Assembly: GCA_050084985.1 (NCBI GenBank)
Contig: JBITNC010000001.1
Coordinates: 215,822,001 to 215,886,000, forward strand
DNA: 64,000 bases
Direction: 5' to 3'
Origin: Nageia nagi
Lineage: Eukaryota > Plantae > Pinophyta
Shown: positions 25,501 through 40,500 of the stretch, piece after piece
Layout: each line of letters begins with the position of its first letter
Numbering within the stretch: the stretch's first letter is position 1
Notes under the pieces: model-generated
The model's input: only the letters and a program-made list of their open reading frames with translations
What the model was told of the DNA's origin: nothing
Database searches by the model: none
Translations under genes and position numbers: made by a program

Positions 25501-28500
25501 CGCATTTTTCACCCTAATACGGTCTGCCCAAAGAGCATACTTCAACTTGCTACACCATTCTCTCTGATTCTTGTTTAGTAGCATTTTGACGACGGTAAGC
25601 AAGTTGTTGGTCGACTCCGCTAGGCCATTACCTTGAGGATAATAGTTGGCAAAGTACTTGATATCAACATTATGCTCCTATGCCCAAGCTATCAGCTTGA
25701 GTGAGCTGAAGCCGAGACCGTTGTCACACACTATAGAAAATGGAGAGCCAAACCATGTCAAAATGAAGTCTTCTAGGAATTGAATGACCACTTCAAAAGT
25801 GGCTTGCTTTGTAGCTATGGCTTCAGTCCATTTTGTGTAGTAGTCTGTGGCGGTGAAGATGAATTGATGCCTCATAGAGGAGGAAGGGTTGATGACCACT
25901 ACGAAGTCCAGTCCCCACTTGGCAAATGGCTTTGATTCTAGGATTGGCTGTAGGAGCATGAAAGAACACTTCTCCCTTCCTATCGTGGTTTGGCAATCAT
26001 GGCATGTTTTTGCATAGTGGTGTGCATCTCGGAAGAGGAAAGGCCAATAATATCCAGCACGGAGGATTTGGTGTTCTAAAGTGTTCCCCGGTACGTGGCC
26101 TATTCAACCTTCTTGATTGTGAAACTCCTCTAGTATCCTGTGAGCCTATTCTTTCTCTAGGCATCTGAGGTAGACACCGTGATAGTTCTTCTTATAGACA
26201 ACCCATCCCTTTATCATAAACTTTGTTGTTCTGTACCGAAGGGCTCTCTTCTATGCTAAAAAAAAGTTTAGGGATAAGCACTTGAAGTTATGTAACAGGC
26301 AAGGTCTACGTACCAGGAATCTGGTGGGATGTCATCCGACAAACTTGGAGAGATATGTTGATGGGTTCATTGGATGATGGTGGCACTATGTTATCTCGGC
26401 AAGAGGCTAATGTCTTGGTGAGTCCCTACTCTCTCACAATCCTCATAGGCTGAATTGACAAATCGAACTCTTGGAGGGTTGAGATCCAGTTTCCTCTTTG
26501 TACACCCACTTCTTATTGGGCTAAAAGATTCTTTACTGTTGGATCTGGGACAATGGCAATCACCTCACTACACAAGATGTAGTGTCGGAACTTCTTGACT
26601 AATTTTACGAGGGCATAGGACTACTTGTCTAGCTTGGGATATCTCAATGTCGTGTGTCTCAAAAGAGCGGTCATGAATGCAATAGGTTTCTCCTTTTCTT
26701 CTTCGTCCCATTGTGTTAAGACTCCTTCCACTAAGAGTTTTGAAGCAAAGGAGTACAGGTAGAACGACTTCTTATAATCTGGGCTAGTAAGAACAGGTGC
26801 CTTGGATATAGCCTCCATGTCGTGAAAGGCCTTTTTTGCTTTGTTCGCCAATTTGATCTTTGCATCTGTCTTTATCATCTCATTGAGTGGTTTCACAATT
26901 TCAGCATATCCAGAGATAAATTTCCGAACGAAATTGATCTTTCCCACGAAAGACCTAAGCTTCTTTGGTGTAGCAAGGTAAGGGATTTTCTGAATGGCTA
27001 CTACCTTTTCTGGGTCAATGGAGATTTCTTCTTCTGAAATAATGTGACCAAGCAATCTACCCTTTGTGACCCCGAAGATACATTTCTTCGGGTTGAGAGA
27101 AATTTTGAATTCCCTACACCTCTAAAAAATTTGCCTCAAGGGTCGGGGATGATCATTTACATGTTTGGAATAAACAGTGATATCATCCATGTAAATGACT
27201 ACGTTTTTGCCAACCAAACCTTTGAAAGAGAAGTCCATTGCTCTCTGGAATGTGGCCCCGACATTGATCAATCAAACAGGCATGCGACTATAAGCAAAAG
27301 TGCCCGATTTCGTGGTAAAGGCGGTCTTCAGTCTATCCCTCTTATCCACCAGGACCTGATTATACCCGTAATAACCATCTAGGAATGACATCATTTGAAA
27401 CCCATTCACCATTTGCAGGACTTCGTCTAGGGAAGGTAGGGGGTAATTATCCTTCTCTGAAGCTCGATTCAAATGTCTGAAATCTATGCACACTCTGATT
27501 TCACCGGACTTCTTCCTCACTGGGACAATATTGGCTACCCATGTGAAGTGCCTCACAGGAAAAACGATCCCTGATTGAATCATTGGTTCTAACAAAGGAT
27601 TCAGCACCCTTTGTTTCTACCAAAACGGTCTTATCCCCAGCTTGAAAGGAATGGTATGAGTGATTATCCCTGGATTGTAAGTTTTCAACTGGTCATACAT
27701 CTAGGAAATCATGTCAATATATTCTCGACAGGCTTTTATGATTTCTCTTCTCAACTTGCTTGTACAAGATTTCCTGAGAAGGATATACTTCGGGTCTTGT
27801 TCTGTCCCTAGATTGATCTTCTTTGTTTCCTCTGCATTCATATGTTCCTTAGGTCTGTTCTCTTGGATCACATCTTGATCAAACAGGAAGTTGGAGGTAA
27901 CCATCAACATATTCATCTTGTTCACCTAACTGATCATCAAAAGATGGTTGCTCTTGTTCTTCTCCGATCTGCTAGGAAATGAAGACCCTTTGGCTAGCCA
28001 TAAAGTTCTTTATGTGCTTGTCATCATCAAAGACCTGAATTGCTTCGATGTTACTAGCACAGCAGGGGTATACAGCATCTGGATAGTGAACTTCTTTAAC
28101 TTAGTCCCTTCCACTGGATGGAAGGTACTTGCAACCACTGTCTATGAGTCTGCTACCATGTTGTACTTCCTCGAAATAGTCATGATGTTAAAGGCCTTGA
28201 AGCCCTCTATGAGATTCCACACTCGACTGGTATTGGTTCAAACAAGTGTCTTTGCAATGTTACATCCATATTGATTTCTAACATTCCTTGTTTGATTTCT
28301 TCTGCAAAGGGATGGAAGGCTAACTAGCGCTATGATCATCACTAGGCAGGGGAGAGTCGACAACATCTACACAATAGACTCCTAGATCTTCCTCTACCAA
28401 GGCCACTTGATTGGTTATGTTGTACTCTGTGATAGGGTTCATCAAATATGGCTCACTTAGAACCTTAATTTGATTTGACACCCCTTCCAAGGGAGCCACA

Positions 28501-31500
28501 AATGCTTGAAATCTGTAGACCAATAACCATTCAAGGTATTTGACCAGTTACAACTAAGTAACAGACAATACTTTTGGTGGGATCTTCACAACCTGGACGT
28601 CAATATCCCTTATGATATGAGGCTCTGAAGCAATTTGTATTCTTAGATTGTGTATCATTCCCACGACTTTTACTAGTGTTTCATCCAACTGGGTGATCCC
28701 TTGTGGGCTCTTGGCAATTGACAAGTTCAAGGCTTGACAAATCTCAAGGGGCATGATATTGGCACCCGCTCTTGAGTCCATCATACAATTGTGTAGATTT
28801 TTCCCAACCACTCTCATAGCGACTAAGAATGGTGGTATCATTTTACTACTCATGTATGTCTGGGCCTTGTCAAGAGAATTTGGATCTATGCTGGAGTGGG
28901 TTCTTCATTTGCATTCGCGGGAACAACTGGAGTAGCATTTGGTGTGCCTTGTTTTAACTTGCATGCACTAACTCCATTAAGGTAACCCAGGAGTTGGTCA
29001 TGCACTTGGTCTATCTCCATAGCTTCAAGGAAGGTGATATTTGCTTTAGGATTCCTCAACGCCTCAATAACATCATAAAAAAGGCTATGAAACTCATCAT
29101 TGAGTGAAGTTGTTTTCTTCCGTTTCCCCACATCTTTGTTTAGTTGCACAGGTGCTTTTTCTACCCTAGGAGATGTCTTCTATAGCTAGGGTTGAATATT
29201 TCTGACATGAGGAACTCGACCAAGTGGAGGTGGATTGTTGGATGAAACTAAATATGTTTTGGAGGATTTGGTTCTATCAATGGTTCTCTCGTCCTAAAGG
29301 TATACCCAAATCTCCTAGGATTCTCGAGTGTGACATAGACAGGTTTTGAAGCTACATATTGGGGTTCGGACAGCTCGTCCTCCACCTCTTCATTATTCCT
29401 CGTGTGATAGACCTCAAACATCAGTGTCTCCTCTTGATTGGCATGGGTACTTGGCTCATCGTTCGAATAAACTTCATAGTTATGTTGCACTTCTTGCTGG
29501 ATGATGTTGATTGGTGCAACAAACTCGGGATAAGAAGATTCAGGATTTGTTGTGTTATGGACCCTGCACCAAGTGGTTAGTGGGATGCCTGCCAAGTCCA
29601 AGAAATTGGCTTGAGACTGATTCTTGTCCTTTGCCAACGGATTGGGTATATTGCCTATGCCATTGTTAGGGCCGGTATTCCATGGTCTGTTTGGCCTTTG
29701 ATAGTTAGGATTGTGTTGTCTTTCATTATTCTACACATGATTCTGGTTGAACCCCGCATTAGGCTGAGGGACCCATATTTGCTAGTTTATTCAGCAAGGT
29801 TCTAGTGTCGTTTTGTTCTTTTTCCCTCCTCACCAACTACTCATCCCTTTTGATCAGTTCTTCCTCCCTCTTGGAGAGCTCTTAGTCTTTCTTGAGGGCT
29901 TCTGAATTATGAGGTTCATTGGCGGGCTTCCCTAAGACTTGACATAAAAGATTGCCAAAGTCCCCTTGGCTTGATGATGGTTGTGGAAGATTGGGATAGG
30001 CGGGTTGTGTTATTTGACCGATGAATTGAGCTATGAGCTCAGAGTTTAATAGAGTGGATTGTGAGGGAGTAACAGGAACAATAGCATTGGAGGTGGTGGG
30101 CATGGAATGAGAAGTGTATGTGAGAACCAAGGGGTTTGGCTGAACTATATTTGTCGTCATAGGGATATTGGGTAATTGAGGGGAAATAACATTTAGGAGA
30201 CTAGGTTGCAATGGAGACTGTGAATTATTTAGATTCAAGTTTCCTAACAGATGCATTAGGTTCGTAGCTCTTTTCCATGGCAGCGGCTACAGTATAAGCT
30301 TGTCGTAAGGTCCTAATGCCTACTTCTCTCCGTAGAAAGGCTGCGGTGAAGGAGTCGAGAGCTCTGAAATATATCTACACTGCCAACTGCTGATCCACTA
30401 TATGCGGTTCATTCAACTTGGAGTAGCCTCTTGAAACCAATCATTGAAGTTTCTTACAAGCTCATGAGGAAACTTCTTTGTATGGATGAATTGTTCAAAA
30501 AGAATGTTAGGGTCCATGGGTACTTGGAATCTCTAAGCCTCTTCTAATTGATCCCATGAGGTAATGGACCTAGGCGTTAGATTGATGTACCAGTCTCCTG
30601 CTTGGCCTTGTAGAGTATAGGGGAACAATCTGCAAGCCACATCTTCATGCTGGATATGTAATCTAGTCAAAGGATCAATATAATATTGGATGTGGTCCTC
30701 TATCGATGTGAGGCTATCAAGATCAACTTTCGGGAGGTGTTTCTCGTAATTGCGAGGTAGCTCGTGTTGTTCACTAGAAAAGTTAATAGGACTTATTCTC
30801 AACCATCTTGGAGGTGCCTCTTCTTCCATATTAGTTTCTTCTTGTGGAACGAAAGGGACAATTATTCAGATAGCATCGTTGTCTGGTGGTTGAGATGCTT
30901 CTAGTGCGACACTCGGTTGTGTAGGATTCAAGAATAGAATCGAGTGCTTAGGACTAGTGAAGGATGTGTTAGACAAGGTTAATGTAGAAGTGTCTCCCAG
31001 AACTCGACATTGAGCTTCGTCAGAGTCTTCGGATAATGACTAGTCTCTGGTTTTATGTTGGTCCTTTCTAGGCCTCAAATTATATCCAGCTAGGCCTTTC
31101 TTAGGTCCCAGCTTGGCGAGGTGTAACAAAGAAACAACACTGGCTTAAACACAAACACAATTTCAAAGGCCCTCCTTCTAGCGCCAATTAATGTTGGATG
31201 GTTTTTCTTTCCTACCCTAGAATAGTGAGAAAAACTCCAACACCTCAAGTGAAGGGATGTTAGTCCCTCCTGCTATGGGGACTGATTACCCCAAAGCTTA
31301 GCTTTGCAACTTGGAAAAGATGACTCAAGAACTGGCTGAGATGTTGGAAGCTGCCACCAACATGAATGTCGTGTGGATTCATATCAGATTATTATTTAAT
31401 TTTTTCCATTCTAGTTTCATCCCTGTCTCGGTGTATATTCTTGATGATTCAAAATTTACAATAAAATCAACAATAACCACTATTGCAATATAATTTGAGT

Positions 31501-34500
31501 GTTTCAAAAGAAGACAAACAATATTGGCATTGCTGATTGTGGAGTTATCAAGAATGCAATAAGACACATTGGATCCAAGCCCAGTTCAGGTCAGAGTATT
31601 AAGAAAATGCTAGACCAATTTCTCACGCACAAAGCATCTTTGAGTAATTTAGATCTCATTTGTACCTGTTACTTATTCTTGGAAATTGACCAATATTTCC
31701 AACTGGTTACAGCTAGATTTCATTTGAGTATATATACACACTCCCAAGAATGCCTGGTGAGCAGTGGTCTTCATCTTAAGCAACACTCACAAGTCTATAG
31801 TGGAATATTATTCTGTTTGAATTAAAAGCAATTAAACGTAGGCTGATAACACCTGAAACCTTGAAAAACTCCAAAGTCCTCTACCCAACATGGTACAAGG
31901 GACAAAACAGGAAGCCACAAAGGAATTAGCAACATAGTACCCACAATTAAGTTAATATAAAATTATCCCAAATAGCATGTACTTTAACATGAAAATCTTT
32001 ATTAAGTATTCTAAAAAATAACAAACAATTTGTACTGATATTTAAAATTTTGAATTAGTATAAAGCACAGCTCGTACTTATTATACTATTGATGTTATGG
32101 AGACAAATGGATTTGGTTATTACAGTTGTAGTGCATAGATTGGTTGATCATTCATTGATAATTTTCCTAAACGGCTGCTCCTATGTTGCAATCAAGCATC
32201 TGATTACAAGCACGAAACCATAACAATTGCCTCACAACACCGTTGCAAAAGGTGTTCCATAGAGAATCTGGCAATGAAACAAGTTTTCCAACAAAGTTCA
32301 ACTGCCAAACTACTAACCATTCTAACCACAAATACAAGTTTTCCAACAAATTCAACTGGCCAACTACTAACCATTCTAACCACACGAGTAACTGATAACT
32401 AATCAACTACCTAACCAACCCAGCTACAGAACTATGTGCTCTTTATAAGACATTTCCCATACGTTCAAAATTTTCCCGCAGAAAAATGAACTTCTTTCTC
32501 GAGGTGAACTCCACAAAGCGAAGAATCATCACATATGATAATCAGGCTCATGGCAACAAATCTAAATTTCTAATAAATTGCTGTAACAACAAAATATAAT
32601 TTTCAACAAAAGTAATTTTACTTTGAAAAGAAGCAAACAGAAATCACAAATTAGACCTGATATTTAAGTCTCATTTAATTGACCACAACAGTTACTCTTA
32701 GCCATTAGAATTCAGTTCTATGAATTCTAAGGTTATTTACTCATGCTAGGCTTGTAGCCATGTATTCCATGTATAATACATCAAAATATACACCACATGA
32801 CAAAAATAGACAAATCATTTGTCGGATAAATAAGAATTCCATAAAATAGGAAATCAAACATGACCACATAAATTGCAAAATTCATAAAACAACCTTGTAC
32901 AGTAAATTTGGGTGTGGGGTCGTAAAAAGCCCGGAACTTTCACAAATGCCTCAAACGTTCCAGGTGCTAGAGGAGCATCACTAGGACCTGCATGAGAATT
33001 ATAAAAAACAATTCACATAGACGTGTCTTTTTCAATCTAAATAGAATCATTGTAACATAAATAATGTACAATGTCTACAACTTCTTCCGTAAGAAAAAAA
33101 ACTTGAGAAGTAGAAATTTCAAAGCTTTACAGTACAATATTATATGCCAGTTAACTAAAAGCAACATATTCTTGAAGTCAACATTTTAGAAATAGCCCAT
33201 TAATCTGTGGTCTAGATGCAACACACAACATGTTCTGTGCTAGCAACACAGGTTCAAATCCTGGCAAGCTTCTATATTAGGCTGACTGCAAGATGGATGA
33301 ATGGCTTGACAACCTTGATGATATTTTGAAGCAACAAAATTTGTAAGAAAGGAAAGATCATAAATAACAGACCTTGTTTTTTGAAATGCATAGCAACATG
33401 AAAATTACGTGACCATGTAATGCTTTATCACAAGCTTTCAACTTTCATTCAGCATGCACTTCAGCAGGAATTTGGAAAATAACTTGTTTACTATTAACTG
33501 CATGCATTATTAAATGTCTTCAAATGTACAATGAAGGCCCATTTCAAAAGCTTCATCTTCACAAGTAACATACTTGCATAAGCCCATCTACTAAATCTTT
33601 AGAAAGCTGATCCTGTTCTATTATATCACATAGTTATTCACAGTGTTCCACGGGGACGTGTTCCCCCTCCTGGAGGAGTCGTTCTCGGCGTTCCCAAGAT
33701 TTGGAAACTTGGGGATGCCTGGGGAAACGTTTCCCAGTTGTTCCCTTTTTGGGGGACGGCTGGGTGACGTCCCCAGGATGGGGGAAACATTCCCCGACCA
33801 TCCAGCCAATCAAGAACGGCCAAGAAATGGCTGGCCGTCCCCGGGAACGGTTGGCACTCCCCCCACGGCTAGACATGGAAGAATTGGAGAAAAAAAAACA
33901 ACTTTGGGCTTGAAAAAAAGCACAAAAAGTGCTTTATGATGGACCCCATCCATGTTTGCACTCCCTCTAACCCTAAAAAGGTGCTCTAAAAGTGATTTTG
34001 TTATCACTTGTCATTGTGTAGAGGAGAAAAAGAGCAAGGAGGAACAAAAACACAACAGTAGAAAAAAAGGACAACAATGAAAAGAAAGAGAGCAAGGAGG
34101 AACAAAAACACAGCAGTAGAAAAAAAGGACAGCAATGAAAAGAAAAAAAGCAAGGAAGCAGAGAAACACAGCAGTGTAGAGGACAAAAGCCAAGGAGGAG
34201 AAGAAAGTTACCTAGCACAATCCAAGGTTTTTTCTGTTTCTCAGTGTCTTACTCCCTACTTGTTTAGTTTAAACTTTAAACTTTACTAGTAGTTGTTTTC
34301 TAAAAATAAAAACCAAGATGAGTGAGGTTGAGGAAGAAAATCAAAGCTATGAGGTAGAAACAGAAATGGGAGTTGAAAATGAGCAAGAAAACACATCAGT
34401 TTTTGATTGCCCATCCACAATGTTAACAGGTTTTGCTGAAGGGCCATTTAATCCTAAAAAACCTTTGTTGCAATTCGTCACAAACCTAGATGCTAGAAAA

Positions 34501-37500
34501 AAAAATGAAAAGGGAGCAAGAACTTATAAATGTCACATTTGTAACTCTACATTTAAAGGGAGTTATACCAGGGTTGAATCACATTTGACTTATAAACAAG
34601 GGACAGGGGTGAGGATTTGTAAAGAAATGAATAAATTTATGTTTTCAAAAGCTAGTAGGCTTGCGCAAGAGGCTTACCTTAAGAATCATGGGCTGCCCAT
34701 TCCTAAATCTAGCCAAGCCTCCCATGTATCATCCTCCTCATCAGCTAGAGAAAAAGAAACTGGACTCTCTTCTAGCTTGCCAAGTCCTACATTCCCCTCC
34801 AAAAAAAGATTGAAGCATTAAACTTGCAGCAGAAAGAAAGAGCTAATGATGCAGTGGCAAAATTATTTTATGCACATGCCTTGCCTTTTCGTCTTGCATG
34901 CTCACCTTAACTGAGGGCAGCATTTGAGGAAGTAAAGTTGGTTGGGCCTTCATATGTACTACCTGGTGAGACTAAACTCCATACTTCTCTTTTGGAGAAG
35001 CAGTATATTAGATGCAGTTTGATGATGCAGGAGTTGAAGGCTACATGGGTGCGTAGCGAATGTTCCATTATTATGGATAGATGGATTGACATTCGTCAAC
35101 GTCCACTCATCAATATAATGGTGTCATGTTCAGAGGGTCCTTATTTTCTTCGAGCTATTGATTGTTCAGGGAAAAAGAAGGATGAAGAGTTCCAGTTCCT
35201 CCTGCTGAAGGAGGCTACTGAGGAGGTTAAATCCTCCAATGTTGTCCAGGTAATCACTTTACTAGGTTTACTTTTAGTTTTTAAATTTATTTTTTGTTGT
35301 GCAAATGCCAAATTTTAATGTTTTAATTTTTTTTGTACAGATAATTACAGACACAACCCTTGTTTGGAAGCGTGTAGGAAAATTGATAGAGGGCACTTAC
35401 AGGCACATTTTTTGGACCCCATGTTGTGTTCATGCATTGAATAATGCATTGAAGAACATTGGGAAATTAGATTGGGTGAAGAATGTGGTTGCAGAAGTGA
35501 GAGTTTTGCAAATGTTTATTTGCAACCATCATACCTTATTCGCCCTCTTTCGCTTCTTCTCAAAGGAGTTTCTTAAACCTACAGATATGAGATATGCCAC
35601 TTATTTCATCCTATTGCAAAGGATAATTAAGGTGCAGGAGGCACTACAATCCATGGTAGTTTGTGTAGAAGGGAAGAGGTGGCCAAAATCTCAAACACAG
35701 GAGGGAAAAAGACTTACAAATAAAGTCTTAGATGAGAATTGGTGGGCTTACGCCAAGTAACAAAGTTTGAAACTTTCACTATTGTAGTTTGAATTTCAAG
35801 TTGGATTGGTCACTAAGTAATTGTTCAATTAGTTCTAAGATTTTCAACTTTTTTTTTATTGAATGTAGGTACATTGTATTTTTTATTTCCCCAATTTTTT
35901 AAGTGATAAGGTATGCCGATACAGATTCTCCTAATTTAGGGGAGATATATGAGACCTTTGATAGCATGCTTGGGGAAATGAAAAAAATAATTAATGCCAA
36001 AGATCGTTCTTTTTATGAAGGCCATATTAGACCCATCATAGAGAAGAAGTAGCAATTATTGATTGTTGACTTTAGTTTCAATTTAGTTTGTTAACTTCAA
36101 TCTTTGAGTTTATTAATTTTTTTTTTTTTGTAGGTGGAATAAGATGAATACCCCTCTCCATATGGCTGCCCATGTGTTGAACCCAAAATGGTATGCACCA
36201 AAGATTGGGAAAATGGCACCTAATGATGATATTGAGTTGAAAGATGGGTTCATGAACTTCCTTGCCAAGATGTTTTCAAAAGAGGATGGACATATAGTTA
36301 AAGAGCAGTTTGTAAAATTTGTGAGACTTAAGGGTCCTCATTTCAGCATGCTAAAGTGCAAGGAGGATAGGACTACCATTGCCCAAACTGATCCCATTGG
36401 ATGGTGGAAGCTATATGAAGATGATACTCCACACTTGAAGCATCTTGCAATTAGGCTCCTTTCCCAGGTTAGTAGCCATCGGCATGTCATTAAGTATTGT
36501 ACTATTGTCTATTGACTATAGTCTATTTGTGAATTTGAAATTTGAATGATTGTTTGAAATCTTAAATTTCTCTTTCTCACATAATTAGAAATCTAATTTG
36601 AATGATTATTTGTAGGTTGGTAGTTCATCTGCTGCGGAGAGAAATTGGTCTACCTATGGCTTCATCCATTGTCTTCGGAGGAATAGACTTACTTCTCGTA
36701 GAGCAGAGAAGTTAGTTGTAGTCGATAGCTCTCTTCACCTTTGCAAGAGAGTTACGTCAAAGTATAGGGCTAGTCCAGTTGCATGTTGGAACGTTGATCC
36801 AGTGGAGGCAAGCCAGCTTGAGGTTGATGATGATAAGACTGATGAGTCAATGTTTGGATTGCCATTGCATACTCTTCATTTGGATTATGAGAGCTCAGCA
36901 GATGAGGAGGATATGGATACACAACCATTAGCACATGAGCCTATAGAGCCATAGGGCATAGAATATAGTGGTTATTTTGGCATGTTCATTTTGTTATTCA
37001 GATACTTATTCGACATACTGATGTCTCCTCTATGTATTTGATTCAGTCTTTCAAACCTATGACATTATGATTGTGTTATCATATTAACCCTTTTTTTATG
37101 ATTCTGTCTTGAAGTTGAATTTCTATTTTCAATTCAATATTTTTAATTTGTATACATGATTAAATTTGATAATATGATCATTCATTATAATAATAATAAT
37201 GAATTGGAAACGATAAAATCTTAAACATCTAAAAATTCTGATAATTTTTACTAGTATTATGTTTGTTGTTCCCTAGCCATTCCCCAAAAATGACCCTATT
37301 TTTTCCCCGTTCCCCGGTCATGTGAAACACTAGTTATTCATTACTGATGAGAGTCAAAATAGTTACCACCCAACATTGATAAGAGTTAAAAACAAATGCA
37401 TGCAAAAATGAGTTTCATGGCATTTGTGAATTGACCAAAAAAACAGAAAACAAATCACAAACCTGTCATTTTCAAGCAGAAGCCATGTATTGATTCATTA

Positions 37501-40500
37501 TGAATTTATTTAAAACAACTTCCAATGAAGCAGCACCCTGAAACAGTCTTTCAGGTGATGAAATCTACTGAAGCCTCAAAAGTAAAACCTCAAAACAGCA
37601 TGTGTTGCATGTATCATCTAAACCGCCCAAAACGGTTACAAAAGTTTTCTATAAAAGGGACACAAAGTTTGTGCCTAAAAGAACTCGATGCTTCCTCTTC
37701 ACTGACAGTGGCATCATGGAAAACATCTTAGGTACAAATAAAAAAATAGAATTGGCCCTGGGGTACGCCCGAACATATGTTCTCTCTTTAATAACTGTAA
37801 GACAAACCACAATTCTAGACACAACTACAAAGTACTAAATATATGAGTGACAAGCAATCAATTTACATTTTGGAAAGACTAATTCTAATAAAGCTAAAAA
37901 GTAGAGAATAATTTAAATTCTCATTTGTATTATTTTACATAAAGTTTACTCGTTTCAAGTATTCTAACATCTCTAGTATTCATGTGACACACCCCAGCAA
38001 ACCATACACATGAAACAAATCGTAAGAAACATAGAAAATACTCTAAGACAAATTCCAGGTAATGGTGTCCAGTCCCTTTTTATACTATCGAGACTATTTA
38101 ATCCATGTAATGGTGCAGAGTCCCTCTTATACTGTCAAGATTATTTATTCCATTTGATGGTGTGCAGTCCCTCTCACATTGTCAAGATAATTTATACAAA
38201 ATCTATTTCTCTATGAGGAACCTCATTGACTTTGACATGTTAGTTGTGGCATTTATATTTTGTCAGACTTTTAAGTGCCACTTACATCACTTCATGTAGG
38301 AAATCTGATTTTGTATCGGTATGTGTGTTGCGTGTGTGCACACCATATCAGATTTGATGCCTTTAGGGCAACGCTTCTAGTGGCCTATTTATACCCCATC
38401 CTGGCCATTTAGAAGGGGATTTTAGCATTTGGAATATTTGCATTGGAGGAATTTTGCAACTTTGCACTTGGAATACTGCATGATATTATGTATTGTTGCA
38501 TATGTGAAACTCTGCACTTAATGGAAACATTGCATATTGACGATCTTGCATTTTGGGATGCTAGCTATAAGTTTTTATGTGTGTAAGATTTTCTAAGTTG
38601 TTGCATCCTTAAGTATTTACATTCCATTGCATAGAGGTCCGTTGCATAAGGGGTTCTATGCATGTTCATCATTGAATATCGTTATGAATGTATTTCTTTT
38701 GAGGAATGAATTATAAAGTCCATACTGTGAAGCATGTCATTTGTGGGGTCATGCATATATGAATAACTTTCTCCCCTGGGAGTTGCATACTAAATATTCA
38801 TTGAAGTCGTTTGAGTTTTCTTCGCATGGTTTGCATGCAAGTGGATGTATTCTAAGGCTTATAGCTTGTCCTTATATCATTCGGTTAGGTCGTTGCACTC
38901 ACGCCTTCACTTCACTTATTTTTCCCACCAAGTCTTTTACCAAGACCCTACAGCTTCCTGCTCTCGTCGGGTAGTGATTTGAGCGTATATTGTTATTTGT
39001 TGCTCGGCTTGATAGTGAGTACATTGACCTTAATGAATTTGAAGATGACCTACCGAGACACTGCATTATTGGTGATACCTCAATAAGTTCATCCTTCCTT
39101 GTATTCCTTTGCATTTATCCCTGTGTTCTGTCCCTGCATTTGTGATCTTTCTTCGCTTTCGTTCACATTCGTAGTCTTTCCTTATTTTGGAAAGAAACTC
39201 CGGCATTGTATTTCCCTTGTATATGGTTAACAACATGCATCTCTGACTACTGAGCCTTAAAGACCATATTCCATGTGAGCACTTAGGGTAACCAGTCCTT
39301 TCAGGTGGAAACAAGTAACGTTGTTTCCTCCAAGTCTTGTGCATGTTTTGGACTAGGAAAGAAAAACATACCAATAGGCCTGCCTCCTTGTTCTGCAACA
39401 TCGTCGGATGTCACCGACAATCTGGATTGAGATCCCCTCTTCAATTGCACTCTCCTTGGTAATGACTCAGGGGTTGGATCTTTGTTTTTCCGTCGAGATG
39501 TTGAAGGCTCCAAAATGTCATAGTTGTCGACCTCCTTCAACATCTCAAGAGATAGCTCTTCATCTTGGGCATCCTGAATATCGTCTTCGGGAATAGTACT
39601 AGTTGCATGCCCATTCTCTGGCTCTTCATCGGATTCATCTTCAACTATGCTCTCATATTCCCCTTCTCAGGCATGCTCTGACGATCATTGTCTTCCTGCT
39701 CACCTGCGCGTTCTCTCTCAACAGTGTTATCAGGTTCGTACAAGTGGTCTGAAGATTTTGACACTGACGATGGGGCGATCTAAGATGGACATGACACTAT
39801 TGTTCTTGGTGGCCTTTGGGGTGGCGACAAATTTGCTTCTTTGTTCCTCTTCCTCACACATCTCACCACTTTATTGGTCGCCACATGCTCTGATTCCCTC
39901 ACATCATGTTCATCAACTGTATCTCTAACCTACTTGCGCTACTTGTTCAACTAGATTCTTCCCGTGCATGGATGCATACTGTTCAACAGGCTCTTCAATC
40001 GTTGGTGGAAAGTGAGTGACTCTAGAGGTGGATTCTTGTGGCTTCTTTCCTTGAGACTGAGAAAACTTCTTATCAATAGATGCCTCCACTTCTCGTTGTT
40101 GCTTCTGAGCCTCTTCCTGCATCTTGGCACGGATCTTCTTCATTTCCACTTCAGTGCTGACGTTTCAAAATGACTCCTCATCTCTAAGTGGCCTATGCTC
40201 ATAGGCCTTCTTCCTTTCCTTCATGTAGAAGTCATGGATTCGGTGCTTAGGATCATAGTGGGTGGCGGTTGGCATCTTCTTGAAGTTGTACCTTCCCAAC
40301 TCCTCTATCATGGAATTCACATCCACCCATGCTCTGCACTGATACTCTCCCACTATGATCAACAAATTGGAAGTGGCTGACTTCTTTTGCCAAACATGCT
40401 CATGTAGGTAGGTCAACTACCTCATCATCTCCATCAAGAGCATCTTTTTGCTCACATACCAAGGCAGTTGATATGGCAAGTTTGCCTCCCCTAAAGTTGT

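Noticed and set aside
31170-31186. tRNA-Asn gene
   Set aside because: Only the 3'-terminal 17 nt including CCA are present, next to an LTR end; it is a primer-binding site.
33973-34289. Phe/Leu/Cys-rich and Lys-rich ORFs
   Set aside because: Produced by the ~60-bp purine-rich subterminal repeat of the hAT element.
37545-37725. Possible intronic C/D snoRNA or miRNA hairpin
   Set aside because: No canonical C box on the host strand, no terminal stem and no recognisable mature miRNA.
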